Below are positions 52,901 through 64,000 of a DNA stretch of 64,000 bases, piece after piece. The stretch's first letter is position 1. The number at the start of each line of letters is the position of its first letter. Made by a program: the position numbers and the translations under genes. The stretch is from Camelus ferus. Taxonomy: Eukaryota. The stretch is taken from NCBI RefSeq assembly GCF_009834535.1, contig NC_045696.1, positions 87,174,001 through 87,238,000 of the forward strand, read 5' to 3'. The notes beneath the pieces are model-generated. The model was not told the origin of the DNA, did no database searches, and saw only the letters and a program-made list of their open reading frames with translations.

Positions 52901-55361
52901 TGTGTAATTATACGGAGATTCTGTAGCTAATGATTTGCTATAACTAGTCAGGGACTTGGAAAGAATATATTGGAAACTGGTGACAGAAAATTGGGGCAAG
53001 GATCTGTAAGTATAACTCTCTGAATAGGAAAATAAAATGAAGATATTTGGGTCCCATGTGAATGCTCACCAAAGAAAGATTTCTTCTTAGCAGAGAGATT
53101 TCTTCTTAGCAGAGAAAGATTTTAATATATAAAGGGACAAGATGATTCATTCTGTGGTTACTAGTCAGCCTCTTTCCCCAGCTACTCCTGCCATTGTCAT
53201 ATGGACTCAGTGACATGGACTTCCATTCACCAAGACTGACCTGGCTGTAGCCACTAGCAAGTGCCTGTGTCAGCAGCAGAGATCAGCACTTAGTCCCTAA
53301 TATGGCACTGTTCCCTATTGATCAGCTGGCTACCTAGTGCTTAATTGTTTACATTAAACCACTTCTATCATTTAAGAAGCACTGCTTTGTCCTAACTAGA
53401 ATAGACAGCTACTCTGAGTAAAGATTTTCTGTCCCTTCACATAATGCTTCGATGGAGTTACAGAGTGCCTTCTTTACCATTCATGGTATTCCATTCAGCA
53501 TTTATTTGAATTAAGTTGCTCACTTCATAGCAAAAGAAGTGTGGCAATAGGCTGGTGTTCATGGAATTAACTGTTCTTACCATTTCCCGACCATCCTGAA
53601 GCAGCTAGTTTCACAGAAGGTAGAATTGCCTTTCGAAAACTCAATTACAATGCTACCTAGGTAGTAATACCTTGTATGTCTGGGGCAGGGTTCTTCAGAA
53701 CCTTGTATATGCTCTGAATCAGTGTCCAATATATGTTGAGTTTTCTCTGATAGCCAGGATGCAGGATCCAGGAGTCAAGAGGTGGAAATGGGAGTGATAC
53801 CACTAGCAGAATTTTTGCTTATTATTCCCATGACTTTATACTCTGCAGGCGATAGTTCTTAGCTCCAAAGAGAGGAATGCTTCCACTAGGTTAAAAAACA
53901 ATGATTTCAATTAACTTGAAGTTACATCCCAGCTGCTTTGGACTCCTCATGCCTCTGAATCAACAGAAAAATTAGTGAGTAACTGTGCTGGCTGGAGTGA
54001 TTGATCCTCACTACCAAGGGGGAAACTGGACTACTACTCCACAATGAAAGTAAGGAAGGGTATGTCTAGAACACAGGAGAGTTCCTTAGGGTGTTTTTTT
54101 GTTTGTTTGTTTTAAAGTATTATCATGCTCTGTGATTAAGGTTAATGGAAAACTAGAACAATTCAATACAGGAAGGGCAGGGCTACTAATGGCCCAGACC
54201 CTTCAGGAATGAAAGTTTGAATCACCCTTTAGGTAAAGAACCTCAACCCACTGAGGTGCTTGTGGAAAGTAAAGGAAATTCATAATGGGTAGTGGAAGAA
54301 GTTGGTTATAAGCACCAGCTATGACCACATGACCAGATAACATTATTATACATTACTTTATTACAAAAATGAAGACTGTTACTGTTATGAGTATTTTGTC
54401 CTTATGCTGTTGTGAATACACTTTGTATTTTTTCTTCCCTCTCTTATTCCCTTGTTATGTAACATAAGATGTATTGACTTTATTTATCTTATTACTTAAG
54501 GTACAAGATATCAAAAAGAATAAACATCACTCAAGAACTTCATTTCCTAGGGAAAGGGTTAGTGCATTTTTGGTTGTACACAGGATAGTTGTACCATATT
54601 AGGCCTTATTACTATCTTTACTTGGAAATTAAGTGTGGTTTAGGGCATATGGTTGCCAAGTTGATCACGAGTGGACTTGTGATGGTTAATTTAATGTGTC
54701 AGTTTGAATCTCTGGTGCCGAGATATTTGTCTTTTGGGTATGTCTGTGGAGATGTTTCTGGATGAAATTAGCATTTGAATCAGTTGACTCAGTAAAGTGG
54801 TTTGCCCTGTGCAATGTAAATGGACATCCTCTAATCCTTTGAGGACTTGAATAGAACAAAAAGAGAAAGGAAGACTTGAATTATCGCTTGAGCTAGGATG
54901 TTGATATTCCCCTGCCCTTGGCACTCCTAGTTCTCAGCCCTTCAGACTCAAGCTAAATTATACTAACCTGCTCTCCTGGGTCTCCTGTTTGAAGATGGCA
55001 GGTAGACTTCTCAGCCTCTGTAACTGTGTGAGCCAATTCCTTATCATAAATCTTCTGAGATATATATATCTATATATCTTTAGATATATATATATATCTC
55101 CTATTAGTTCTGATTCTCTAGGGAACCTTAATACTGTGCCCTTATAATGGGATGGAAAGACCACAGAGTGTTCTCCCCGAACCATGTGAGGATACAGTAA
55201 GAAGGTGGTCATCTGCAAATCAGGAAGAAGTTTCTTACCAGGAACTGAATTGACCAGCCCATTGATCTTGGACTTCACAAACTCCAGAACTTCCAGAAAT
55301 AAATTTTTGTTGATTAACCCACTTAGTCTACTATATTTATTATTGCAACCTAAACTAAGAC
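49942..55361 (+). mobile_element. MLT1A-like MaLR solo LTR split by the ERV-L provirus (parts 49942-50090 and 55136-55361)
   Basis: 5' part 'gttgaagacctaatccccagtgtggtggtatttggagg...ataatgggattggtgcc'; 3' part 'gtgcccttataa...ccatgtgaggatacag...ttgatcttggacttc...ctccagaact...aaactaagaca'. Confidence 0.85.
50091..55135 (+). mobile_element. ERV-L provirus with MLT2-type LTRs (5' LTR 50091-~50571, 3' LTR 54678-55135), internally deleted
   Basis: Paired LTRs starting t(a/g)tg(g/a)t(a/g)gttaattt; PBS-like 'tggtactgagag'; gag-like region; RNase H ('gagtgagcagaacttt', 'catgtgaatgctcacc'); integrase ('ccatcctgaagcagct'); dUTPase ('gtgctggctggagtgattgatcct'); GTGCC TSD at 50086-50090 and 55136-55140. 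Confidence 0.92.
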
Positions 55362-55857
55362 AATGTTATTCCACCTCAAAAAATGTTCCCATAGCTTCCT
55401 GTGCTCCATCTTGCCAATCTTTTCAGTTGAATCTCTAGCCATTCTTACCTTTATAACTAGTCATACAGAAATTATTTCCTCCTGTGAAAACACTAGGTTC
55501 TTTCTAGACTCTGAATTGTCATGCTGAGTAAACTCTTCTCACCCTTTCTTAACCTCTGCTTAAAGGCAACTTCCTCTGAGAAGTCTTTCATGACCCTGTT
55601 AGGCCAGATAATTTTCAGTGCTTCTCATTCCTGCCACATTCCAGCCCAACATTTCCTCTATCTTAATATCTGTAATCTGTATTTCACTTACTTCATTTTC
55701 TTTTTGGCTCATATTTTTTCTCCACTGGATAGTAGGTTCTCTAAAGCAAAGATTCCGTCCTGTTAAAAGAGAGATACTGAATTTTTAGTGCAATGCCTAA
55801 GATTATGGACAGCTACTAAGGACAACTGGTAAAAAATAAATAAATGCAAACATTATA

Positions 55858-58276
55858 CAAGCACATCTTGGAGATATTGCAAGTTCAGTTCCAGACCACC
55901 ACAATCAAGTGAATATCATGAAAATGTGAGTCACATGAATTTATTTCCCAGTGCCTATAAAAGTTACGTTTGTACTATACTGCAGTCTATTAAGTGTGCA
56001 ATAGCATTATGTCTAAAAAACAATGTACATACCTTAGTTAAAAAATACTTTCACTACTAAAAATGCTAACCATCATTTGAGTGTTCAGCAAGTTGTAATC
56101 CTTTGGCTGGTAGGGAGTCTGGCCTCAATGTTGATGGCTGCTGACCGATCAGTGCAGTAGATGCTGAAGGCTGGGGTGGCTGTGGCAATTTCTTAAAATA
56201 AGACAACAGTGATGTTTGCCACATTGACTCTTCCTTTCATGAATGATTTCTCTGTAGCATGTAACGCTTTTTGATAACACTTTACCCACAGTAGGACTTC
56301 TTTCAAAATTGAAGTCAATCCTCTCAAACCCTGCCACTGTTTTCTCAACTTAGTTTACGTAACAGTCTAAATCCTTTGCTGTCATTTCAACAAGCTTCAT
56401 AGCACCTTGACCAGGGGTAGATTCCCTCTCAAGAAACCACTTTCTTTGCTCATCAAAAGGAAGCAACTTCTCATTTGTTAAAGTTTTATCATGAAGTTGA
56501 AGCAACTCAGTCATGTCTTTAGGCTCCACTTCTAATTCTAGTTCTCTCACTGTTTTCACCATATCTGTAGTTACTTCCTCTGCTGAAATCTTGAACCCCT
56601 CAAAGTCATCTATGAAGATGAGAATCAACTTCTTCCAAACTCCTGTTAATGTTGATATTTTTTATCATCTTCCCATGAATCATAAATGTTCTTAATGACA
56701 CGTAGAATGGTGAATCTTTTCCAGAAAGTTTTAAATTAACTTTGCTCAGATCCATCAGAGGAATCAATATCTATGGCAGCTCTGGCCTTATGAAATGTAT
56801 TTTTTAACTAATAAGTCTTGAAAGTCAAAATTACTCCTTAATCCCTGGGTTGCAAAATGGATGTGTTAGCAGGCATGAAAACAATAATCTCATTGTACAT
56901 CTCCATCAGAGCTCTTGGGTGACCGACCAGATACATTGTCAGTGAGCAGTAATATTTTGAAATGAATCTTTTTTTTCTGAATAGTAAGTCTCAATAGTGG
57001 ACTTAAAATATTAAGTAAACCATGTTGTAAACAGATGTGCTGTTTTCCAGGCTTTCTCATTCCATTTCTAGAGCACAGGCACAAGAGACTGAGAATAATT
57101 CTTAAGGGCCCTAGAATTTTTGGAATGGCAAATAAGCACTGGCTTCAACTTAAATTCATCAGCTGCATTAGCCCCTAACAAGATCGTCAGCTTGTCCTTT
57201 ACTCTTTGAAACCAGGTATTGACCTCTCCTCTTTACGTATGAAAGTCCTAAATGGCATCCTCTTCCAATACAAGGCTGTTTTGTCTACACTGAAAATCTG
57301 TTATTATTTACTGTAGCCACCTTCATTAACTATCTCAGCTAGACCATCTGGATAACTTGCTACAGCTTCTACATTAGCATTTGCTGCTTCAACTTGCATT
57401 TTTATGTTTATGGAGATGGCTTCTTCCTTAAACTTTATGAACCTACCTCTGCTAGCTTCAGACTTTTCTTATGAAGCTTTTCTACCTCAGCCTTCATGGA
57501 ATTGAAGAGATGTAGGGTATTGCTCTGGATTAGGCTTTGGCTTAAGGGAATGTTTTTCGGGTTTGATCTTCTATCCAGAGCACTAAAAACTTTCTCCATT
57601 ATCAGCAACAAAGCTGTTTTGCTTTTTATCTTTTGTGTGCTCATTGGAGTAGGACTTTTCATCTCCTTCAAGAACTTCCCATTTGCATTTACAGCTTGGC
57701 TAACTGTTTGATGCAGGAGGCCTAGTTTTAGGCATATCTCAGCTTTTGACATGCCTTCCTCACTAAGCTTAATCATTTCTAGCTTTTGATTGAAGTGAGA
57801 GAGACGCGAATCTTCCTTTTACATGAACACTAGAGGCCACTTGTAGAGTATCAATTGTCCCGATTTTAGTTTTATTTTTTTGGGGGAGGGAGGCCTCAGG
57901 GAATAGGGAAGCCTGAAGTGGGGAAGAGAGATAGGGAATGGCTGGTCCGTGGAGCAGCCAGAACACATATAACATCTATCAGTTAAGTTTGCTGTCTTAC
58001 ATGGGCATAGCTCATGGTGCCCCAAACAGTTAAAATAGTAACATCAAGAATCACTGATCACAGATCACTGTAACGACAAATATAATAATAATGAAAAAAA
58101 TGGACATATTGCAAGAATTACCAACATGTGACATAGAGACACAAAATGAGCAAATGTTGTTGGAAAATGGCACTGATACAATTGCTTGATGTAGAGTTGC
58201 CACAAACTTTCAATTTGTGAAAAACAATACCTGCAAAACGCAATAAAGCAAAGGGCAATAAAGCCAGGTATGCCTG
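55858..58276 (-). mobile_element. Full-length Tigger1 (TcMar/pogo) DNA transposon, defective transposase
   Basis: TIRs caagcacatct (55858) / aggtatgcctg (58276), each flanked by TA; length 2419 bp; frames MIKLSEEGMSKAEICLKLGLLHQTVSQAVNA, DDFEGFKISAEEVTTDMVKTVRELELEVEPKDMTELLQ and [21 protein letters not shown]. Confidence 0.95.
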
Positions 58277-58544
58277 TATACAATATCCATGCACTGGGTG
58301 GTGGATGATGAGGATCATGTTAAAATGAGGTCTCTGTTTCCATGTCAGCAGTCTCTAGTTGATGCTGATAAGATCAAAGTATAAATGTAATCATTTCTCT
58401 TTCTTCTCTGTGTTCCCCTCGTGAACCTTTTCTTTTGTTGCTTTATAATTCAGATTCTAAGATCAGACAAAAAATGAAAGTAGAATAGAGCAATAAAGGC
58501 ATGAAACCTGGGAATAAAGAGGAGTTTTTCTGAGTGTTAAAGTT

Positions 58545-58625
58545 ACAAAATTAAATTACAAAAATAATAATAGTTAAATTAGAAAATAAATTACAAAAAA
58601 TAATAGTTAAATTACAAAAATAATT
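58545..58625. repeat. AT-rich tandem repeat, ~21-bp unit, ~3.5 copies
   Basis: Repeated 'aaattacaaaaa(a)taatagtt'. Confidence 0.7.
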
Positions 58626-58994
58626 TTAGTCTTTGGGAAAAAGAAAACAAAAGGATTTTAAAAATATTGTCATATCCTTACAATCTTAACATGAAATGCT
58701 TAACAATCTTAGAATAAAAGCCCTTCCTAGAATAAAAGGTATTTATTGCCATATGTAAGTATAATTTAAATACAAAAATACTGTATATTATATTTTAAAC
58801 ATATAAAAACATACATATACTATACAGAAATTTAGGTCTGGGAGAGAAGTGGGAAGAGCAGAGGTGATAGAACAATAGCTATTTCTTTTAACAAAGAAAT
58901 TGGAACAAATATAGACATATCTGAGTTGTACATGGCTGCCATATTCTGTTGGTATGTTCACTATATTTTGTAATTAAAGGTGAATATAAATATT

Positions 58995-59290
58995 TCCACT
59001 TCATTCAACAAACATTTATTAAAGGCCTACTGTATGCTGGTCACTGCTCTTGGTACTGGGGCTACAGCTGTGAAAAGCGGTAGAATCCTTATTCCCATTG
59101 AACTTACACTCTCAGGAATCAGTAAGGTTACCTTTGAAATTATCTTGCTCAAGAGCATTAGAACAGAAGAGCAAGTGACAGGTTTTTAAAATACAGTTAA
59201 ATGTTCCTCAATGGCTCACAAATTTTTATTAAATACCTACTATCTTCCAGACACTGATCTAGGACTTGAGAACACAAAGGTTATTAGAAT
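58995..59290. mobile_element. L2 3'-end fragments (two pieces)
   Basis: 'ttcattcaacaaacatttattaaaggcctactgtatgctggtcactgctcttggtactgggg' and 'tttattaaatacctactatcttccagacactgatctagg'. Confidence 0.7.
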
Positions 59291-59929
59291 AGAATATATT
59301 TTGAATTAATATTTATTATCTTTGGTCTGTGAAATTGATTATAAGAATGATTGAGTCCCTACTGTTATTAAATATTTTCCTAAGAAAGAGAATTTAGCAA
59401 ATGGTAATTAAGCATGTGATCCTCTATCAGGGCATTAAGTTAGTAAGTGAATATGAAGAAAGCCTTAATGATAATCTTCAAGATGTGTGCTTGGAGATGT
59501 TAATACTACATTGAAAAAGGAATCCCTTTTAGCAGAGGGAGGTGGAAAATAATATACTCCTCAGGATTGTTAAGGCAGATACACCCTTTCTGACTTTAAT
59601 ATTTTCCAGAATTTAGTCTTGTTCTTCAACTCTAATGGGACTCTTGTTGGCAAACCATAGTGAGCAAGTCATGGAGATACTCAGAACTTATCTGTCCCCG
59701 CCACATCAATTCTGAGGAAGAATAGTAGAATTAAAAGTGCTCCTGTCTTCAAGTCAGGAAGCCAGATACAGGAGACCAGAGAGAAAATGCTGCAGTTGTC
59801 ACTTTCGGCTTTCTTTATAGAGAACAATATGGCATGTTTTCATCTTCCTCTTTTTTTCATCCCATTCTTCCCCTTCCTCTTCATCCTCTTTCTGTTCCTC
59901 CTTTTGTTGCCATCCTCTTCTTTTTCCCT

Positions 59930-62900
59930 CCTCCAAATATATTAGACATGTAGTTATTATTAGTTTCAGGCATAACACGTAATGATTTTATACATATATA
60001 TAGTGAGTTGATCACCACAATAAGTCAACTAACATCCATCACCATGTGACATTTTTCTTGTGATAAGAATATTTAAGATCTACTCCCTTAGCAACTTTTA
60101 AATATACAATATAATATAATTAACTATAGTCACCATGCCATACATTACCTCCTCAAGGCTTATTTGTTTTATAACTACAAGTTTATACCTTTGACCACTT
60201 TCAACCATTTTAGCCTCCCCCCCAACCCTCCTCTGCTGACCACCAACCTGTTCTCTGTATCTATGAGCTCAGTTTTTGTTTTGTTTTGTTTTGTTTTGTT
60301 TTAGATTCCACATGTAAGTGAGCTATTACAGTATTTGTCTTTCTCTCTCTGATTTATTTCACTTAGCTTATTGCCCTCAGGAACATCTATGTTGTAGCAA
60401 ATGTCAAGATTTCCTTTTTTATGGCTGAATAACATTCCATTATGTGTGTGCCCATTCATCCACTGATGGACACCTACTCTGATTCCATATCTTGCTTATT
60501 GTAAATCATGCTATAATGAGCATGGGATGCATATATCTTTGAGTTAAGGTCTTTGTTTCCTTCAGAAAAATATTTAGAAGTAGGATTGCTGAATCATAAA
60601 GTAGTTCTATTTTTAATATTTTGAAGAACTTCCATACTGTTTTCCATAGTGACTGCAGCAATTCCTACCAACAGTGCACAGAGGTTCCCTTTTCTCCACA
60701 TTCTAGCCAAAACTCATTTATTGTCTTTTTGACAGTAGCCATTCTAACAGATAGGAGGTATTAATTTCATTAAGGTTGCATTTCTATCATGATTAGGAAT
60801 GTTGAGCACCTTTTTATGTACCTGTTGACCATCTGTATGTCTTTGGAATTGTCTGTTCAGATACTCTGCCCATTTTTTAAGAACATTGTTTAATTTTTGC
60901 TATTGATTTGTATGAGTTATTTATACTTTTTGCATATTAACCCTTTTTCAGGTGTATTATTAGCATTATTTTCTCCCATTTAGTAGGTAATCTTTTTCAT
61001 TTTGTTGATGGTTACCTTTGCTATGCAGAAGCTTTCTATTTTGAAGTAGATGTACTTGTTTGTTTTTTTTTTTCTTTCTCTTTGCTATTGGTGTCAAATC
61101 TAAAAAGTCTGTTAAGGAGTTGACTACCTATATTTTTTTTCTGGAAGTTTTATGGTTTCCAGTCTTTAAGTTCATGTGTATCCATTTTGAGTTAATTTTT
61201 GTGTATGGCATAAGATGGCAGTCCAGTTTCATTCATTTGCATGCAGCTGTCCAATTTTCCCAGCACCATTTATTGAAGAGGCTGTCCTTTCCCCATTGCA
61301 TACTTCTGGTTGCTTTGTCATAAGTTAATTGACCATGTGTATGGATTTATTTCTGAGCTATCTATTCTGTTCCATTGACTTATGTGTCTAATTTTATGCC
61401 AGTACCAAATTGTTTTTGATGACTATAGCTTTGTAATATAGTTTGAAATCAGGAAGTGCGATCCTCTAGTTTTGTTCTTTTTTCGCCAGAATTACTTTGG
61501 CTATTTGGGGTCTTTTATGATTCCATACAAGTTATAGAATTATTTGCTCTATTTCTGTGAAAGATGCCATTGGTATTTTGATAGGGATTGCATTGAATAT
61601 GTAGATTGGTTTGACTATTGTGGACACTTTACAAATACTGATTCTTCCAACTCATGAGCATGGAATATCTTTGCATTTATTTGTGTCTTCTTCAGTGTCT
61701 TTCATCAATGGCTCATAGTTTTCAGGGCAGGAGTCTTTCTCCTCAAGTAAATTTATTCCTAGTTATTTTATTCTTTTTGATGCAGTTGTAAATGGTATTT
61801 TTTTTAAAATTTCCCTTCTGATAGTTCAATGTTAATAGAAATACAACAGGTTTTTTTTTAATATTCATTTTGTATCCTACAACTTTATTCTAACAGTATT
61901 TTGGTAGTCTTTAGGTTTTCTGTATATAAAATTATGTCATCTGCAAATAGTGACAGTTTAACTTCTTCCTTTCCAATTTGGATGTCTTTTCTTTCTTTTT
62001 CCTGCCTAACTGCTCTAGGTAGGACTTACCAGTTCTATGTTAAAAAGTGGCAAAAGTGGACATCCTGTCTTGTTCCTGACGTTAGAGGAATTTATCAATT
62101 TATCTTGTCTCTTTTTTTTCTTGGTGAGTCTATGAAAATTTTCTTGGTGAATTTGTTATTTTGTTTATATTCTCAAAACACTAGCTCTTAGTTTCCAAGA
62201 TCTGTTCTGTTTTCTTTTTGTCTCTATTTTATTTCTGTTTGATTTTTGTTATTTTCCTCTTTTTACTAACTTTGGGCTTTATCTGTTTTTCTTTTTCTAG
62301 TTCTTTGATGTGTAAAGTTAGATTAATAATTTGAGATCTTTATTGTTTCTTGGGGCAGGCAGTTAGCCCTGTAAACATTTCTCTTAGAACTGCTTCTGCT
62401 TGCATCCCATAAATATTGGCATTTTGTTCTCCCAATTTCATTTGTCTTAGGTATTTTTAAATTTCTCTTTCAATTTTTTCTTGGTCCCATTGGTTGTTCA
62501 GTAGCATGTTTAATCTCCACATATGTGTGAATTTTCCAGTTTTCTTTGTGTAATAATTTCTATTGTCTTACCACTGTGATCAGAAAAACATGCTTGATAT
62601 AATTTCAGTCATATTAAACTTAGTAAGACTTGTTTTGTGGCCTATGATCTGTGCTGGAGAATGTGCCATATGATTTTGAGAAAAATGCGTATTATACTAC
62701 TCTTGTATGGAGTGTTCTGTGTACATCTGTTAAGTTGTCTGATCTAACGTGTCCTTTAAGGCTAGTGTTTGCTTACTGATTTTCTGTTTGGATGATCCAT
62801 CCACTGATGAAAGTGGGGTATTAAGATCCCCTACTACTGTGTTGCTATTTCTCCCTTTAGGTATGTTAATATTTGCTTTATATATTTAGGTGTTTCTATG

Positions 62901-64000
62901 TTGGGTACACATACTTGCATTTCCTATATTACATTCTGTTGTTGGAATGACTGTTTTGTCATTATACAATGAGCTTTTTTGTCTCTTATTGCAGTGTATG
63001 TAGTCTATTTTGTCTGAAATACAGTTACCACAGTTTTCCTCTACATGGAATATCTATCTTTTCACTTTCAGTCTTGTATGTCCTTATATCTGAAGTGAGT
63101 CTCTTGTAGGTATCATATAAAGGGTTCATATATCATATATAGGTATGTATTTATTGCCATTTTGTCAACTGTTTTTAGCTGTTTTATAAATTTCTCTGTT
63201 TGTCTTTTCTTGCTCTTTTTTTTTTTTTCCCATGATGAATATTTTCGTAGTGGTATGCTCGGATTCCTCTTTTTTATCATTTGTGTATCTACTATAGGGT
63301 TTTGCTTTGTGGTTACCATGAGGCTGACTTAAAACAGTTTATATTTGTAATGATATATTTTAACTTGATAGCAGCTTAAGTTTAAATGCATTCTAAAGCT
63401 CTACATTTTTCCTCTTCTTCCATACATTGTTTTTGATGTCTTTTTATCTTGCGTATCCTTTAAATTATTGTAATTATTTTTACTACTTTTGTCTCTTAAC
63501 CTTTATACTAACTTTGTAAGTAATTAACCTACCACTAGTTCAACATTAAATAATTGTGAATTTTACTATCTGTTTACCTTTACAGTGTAACTTCTACTGT
63601 CATTGTTTCCTATTGCTAATTTGTGCACTTTTATTTCAGCTTAAAGAAGTCCCTTTAATAATTCTTGTAAGGCTAGTTTTGTGGTATGAACTCCTTTACC
63701 TTTGGCTTGTCTATAAAATTCTTTATCTCTCCTTCAGTTGTCAAGGACCATTTTTCAGGGTAGAGTATTCTTGGTTGATAGGTTTTTTTTTTTTTTTTTT
63801 CTTTCTTTCTTTCTTTCTTTCAGCACTTTGAACATACTTTTTCTGGCCTGCAAAATTTCTGCTAAGAAATCTTTTGGTAGTCTCATGGGTTTTACTTGTA
63901 CATAATAAGTTGTTTTTCTCTTGATGTTTTAAAGATTCTCTCCATGTCTTTAACTTTTGGCACTTTAATATGCCTTGGTGTGGGTCTCTTTGTGTTATCT
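59930..64000 (-). mobile_element. Long L1 (L1MA-like): 3'UTR, ORF2 with internal deletion, inter-ORF, ORF1 3' end; continues past window
   Basis: 3'UTR 'atttaagatctactcccttagcaacttt'; RT-motif antisense 'tatgtcatctgcaaatag'; ORF2 start (KMAINTYL) near 63160; ORF1 end antisense 'cagcttaaagaagtccctttaa' at ~63640. Confidence 0.9.
60274..60302. repeat. (TTTTG)n microsatellite within L1 3'UTR
   Basis: 'tttttgttttgttttgttttgttttgtttt'. Confidence 0.85.

Noticed and set aside
53077..53115. Tandem duplication of 'agatttcttcttagcagag' in ERV-L; similar ~19-bp duplication at ~33950
   Set aside because: Ordinary slippage duplications in dead elements
56149..57975. Transposase ORFs as a domesticated TIGD/CENP-B-like gene
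   Set aside because: Multiple frameshifts and stops inside a TIR-bounded Tigger1
58545..58625. Short direct repeats as a CRISPR-like array
   Set aside because: Low-complexity tandem units with no unique spacers, in mammalian DNA with no cas genes

Overview
This is AT-rich, CpG-depleted mammalian genomic DNA, either gene-poor intergenic or deep intronic. Young L1 3' tails resemble camelid L1s, so the source is probably a camelid (moderate confidence). I recognise no intact protein-coding gene, RNA gene or CRISPR array; most ORF-track entries are short spurious frames or decayed transposon frames. The window is mainly a layered record of mobile DNA: (i) a processed ATP1B3 (Na+/K+-ATPase beta-3) pseudogene at ~47.3-48.7 kb; (ii) a two-LTR ERV-L/MLT2 provirus lacking protease/RT, inserted into an MLT1A LTR with a perfect GTGCC target-site duplication (TSD); (iii) a full-length 2419-bp Tigger1; (iv) several L1s, including a nested L1-in-L1 and an unusual sense/antisense/sense L1 flanked by a ~53-bp direct repeat; (v) many MaLR solo LTRs, MER53, MER5A, MIR and L2 relics; (vi) an unidentified retrocopy-like segment at ~25.5-26.7 kb. 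I find no evidence for a novel biological system. Repeat-family names come from remembered consensus sequences, and boundaries are approximate unless a TSD or terminal inverted repeat (TIR) is cited.
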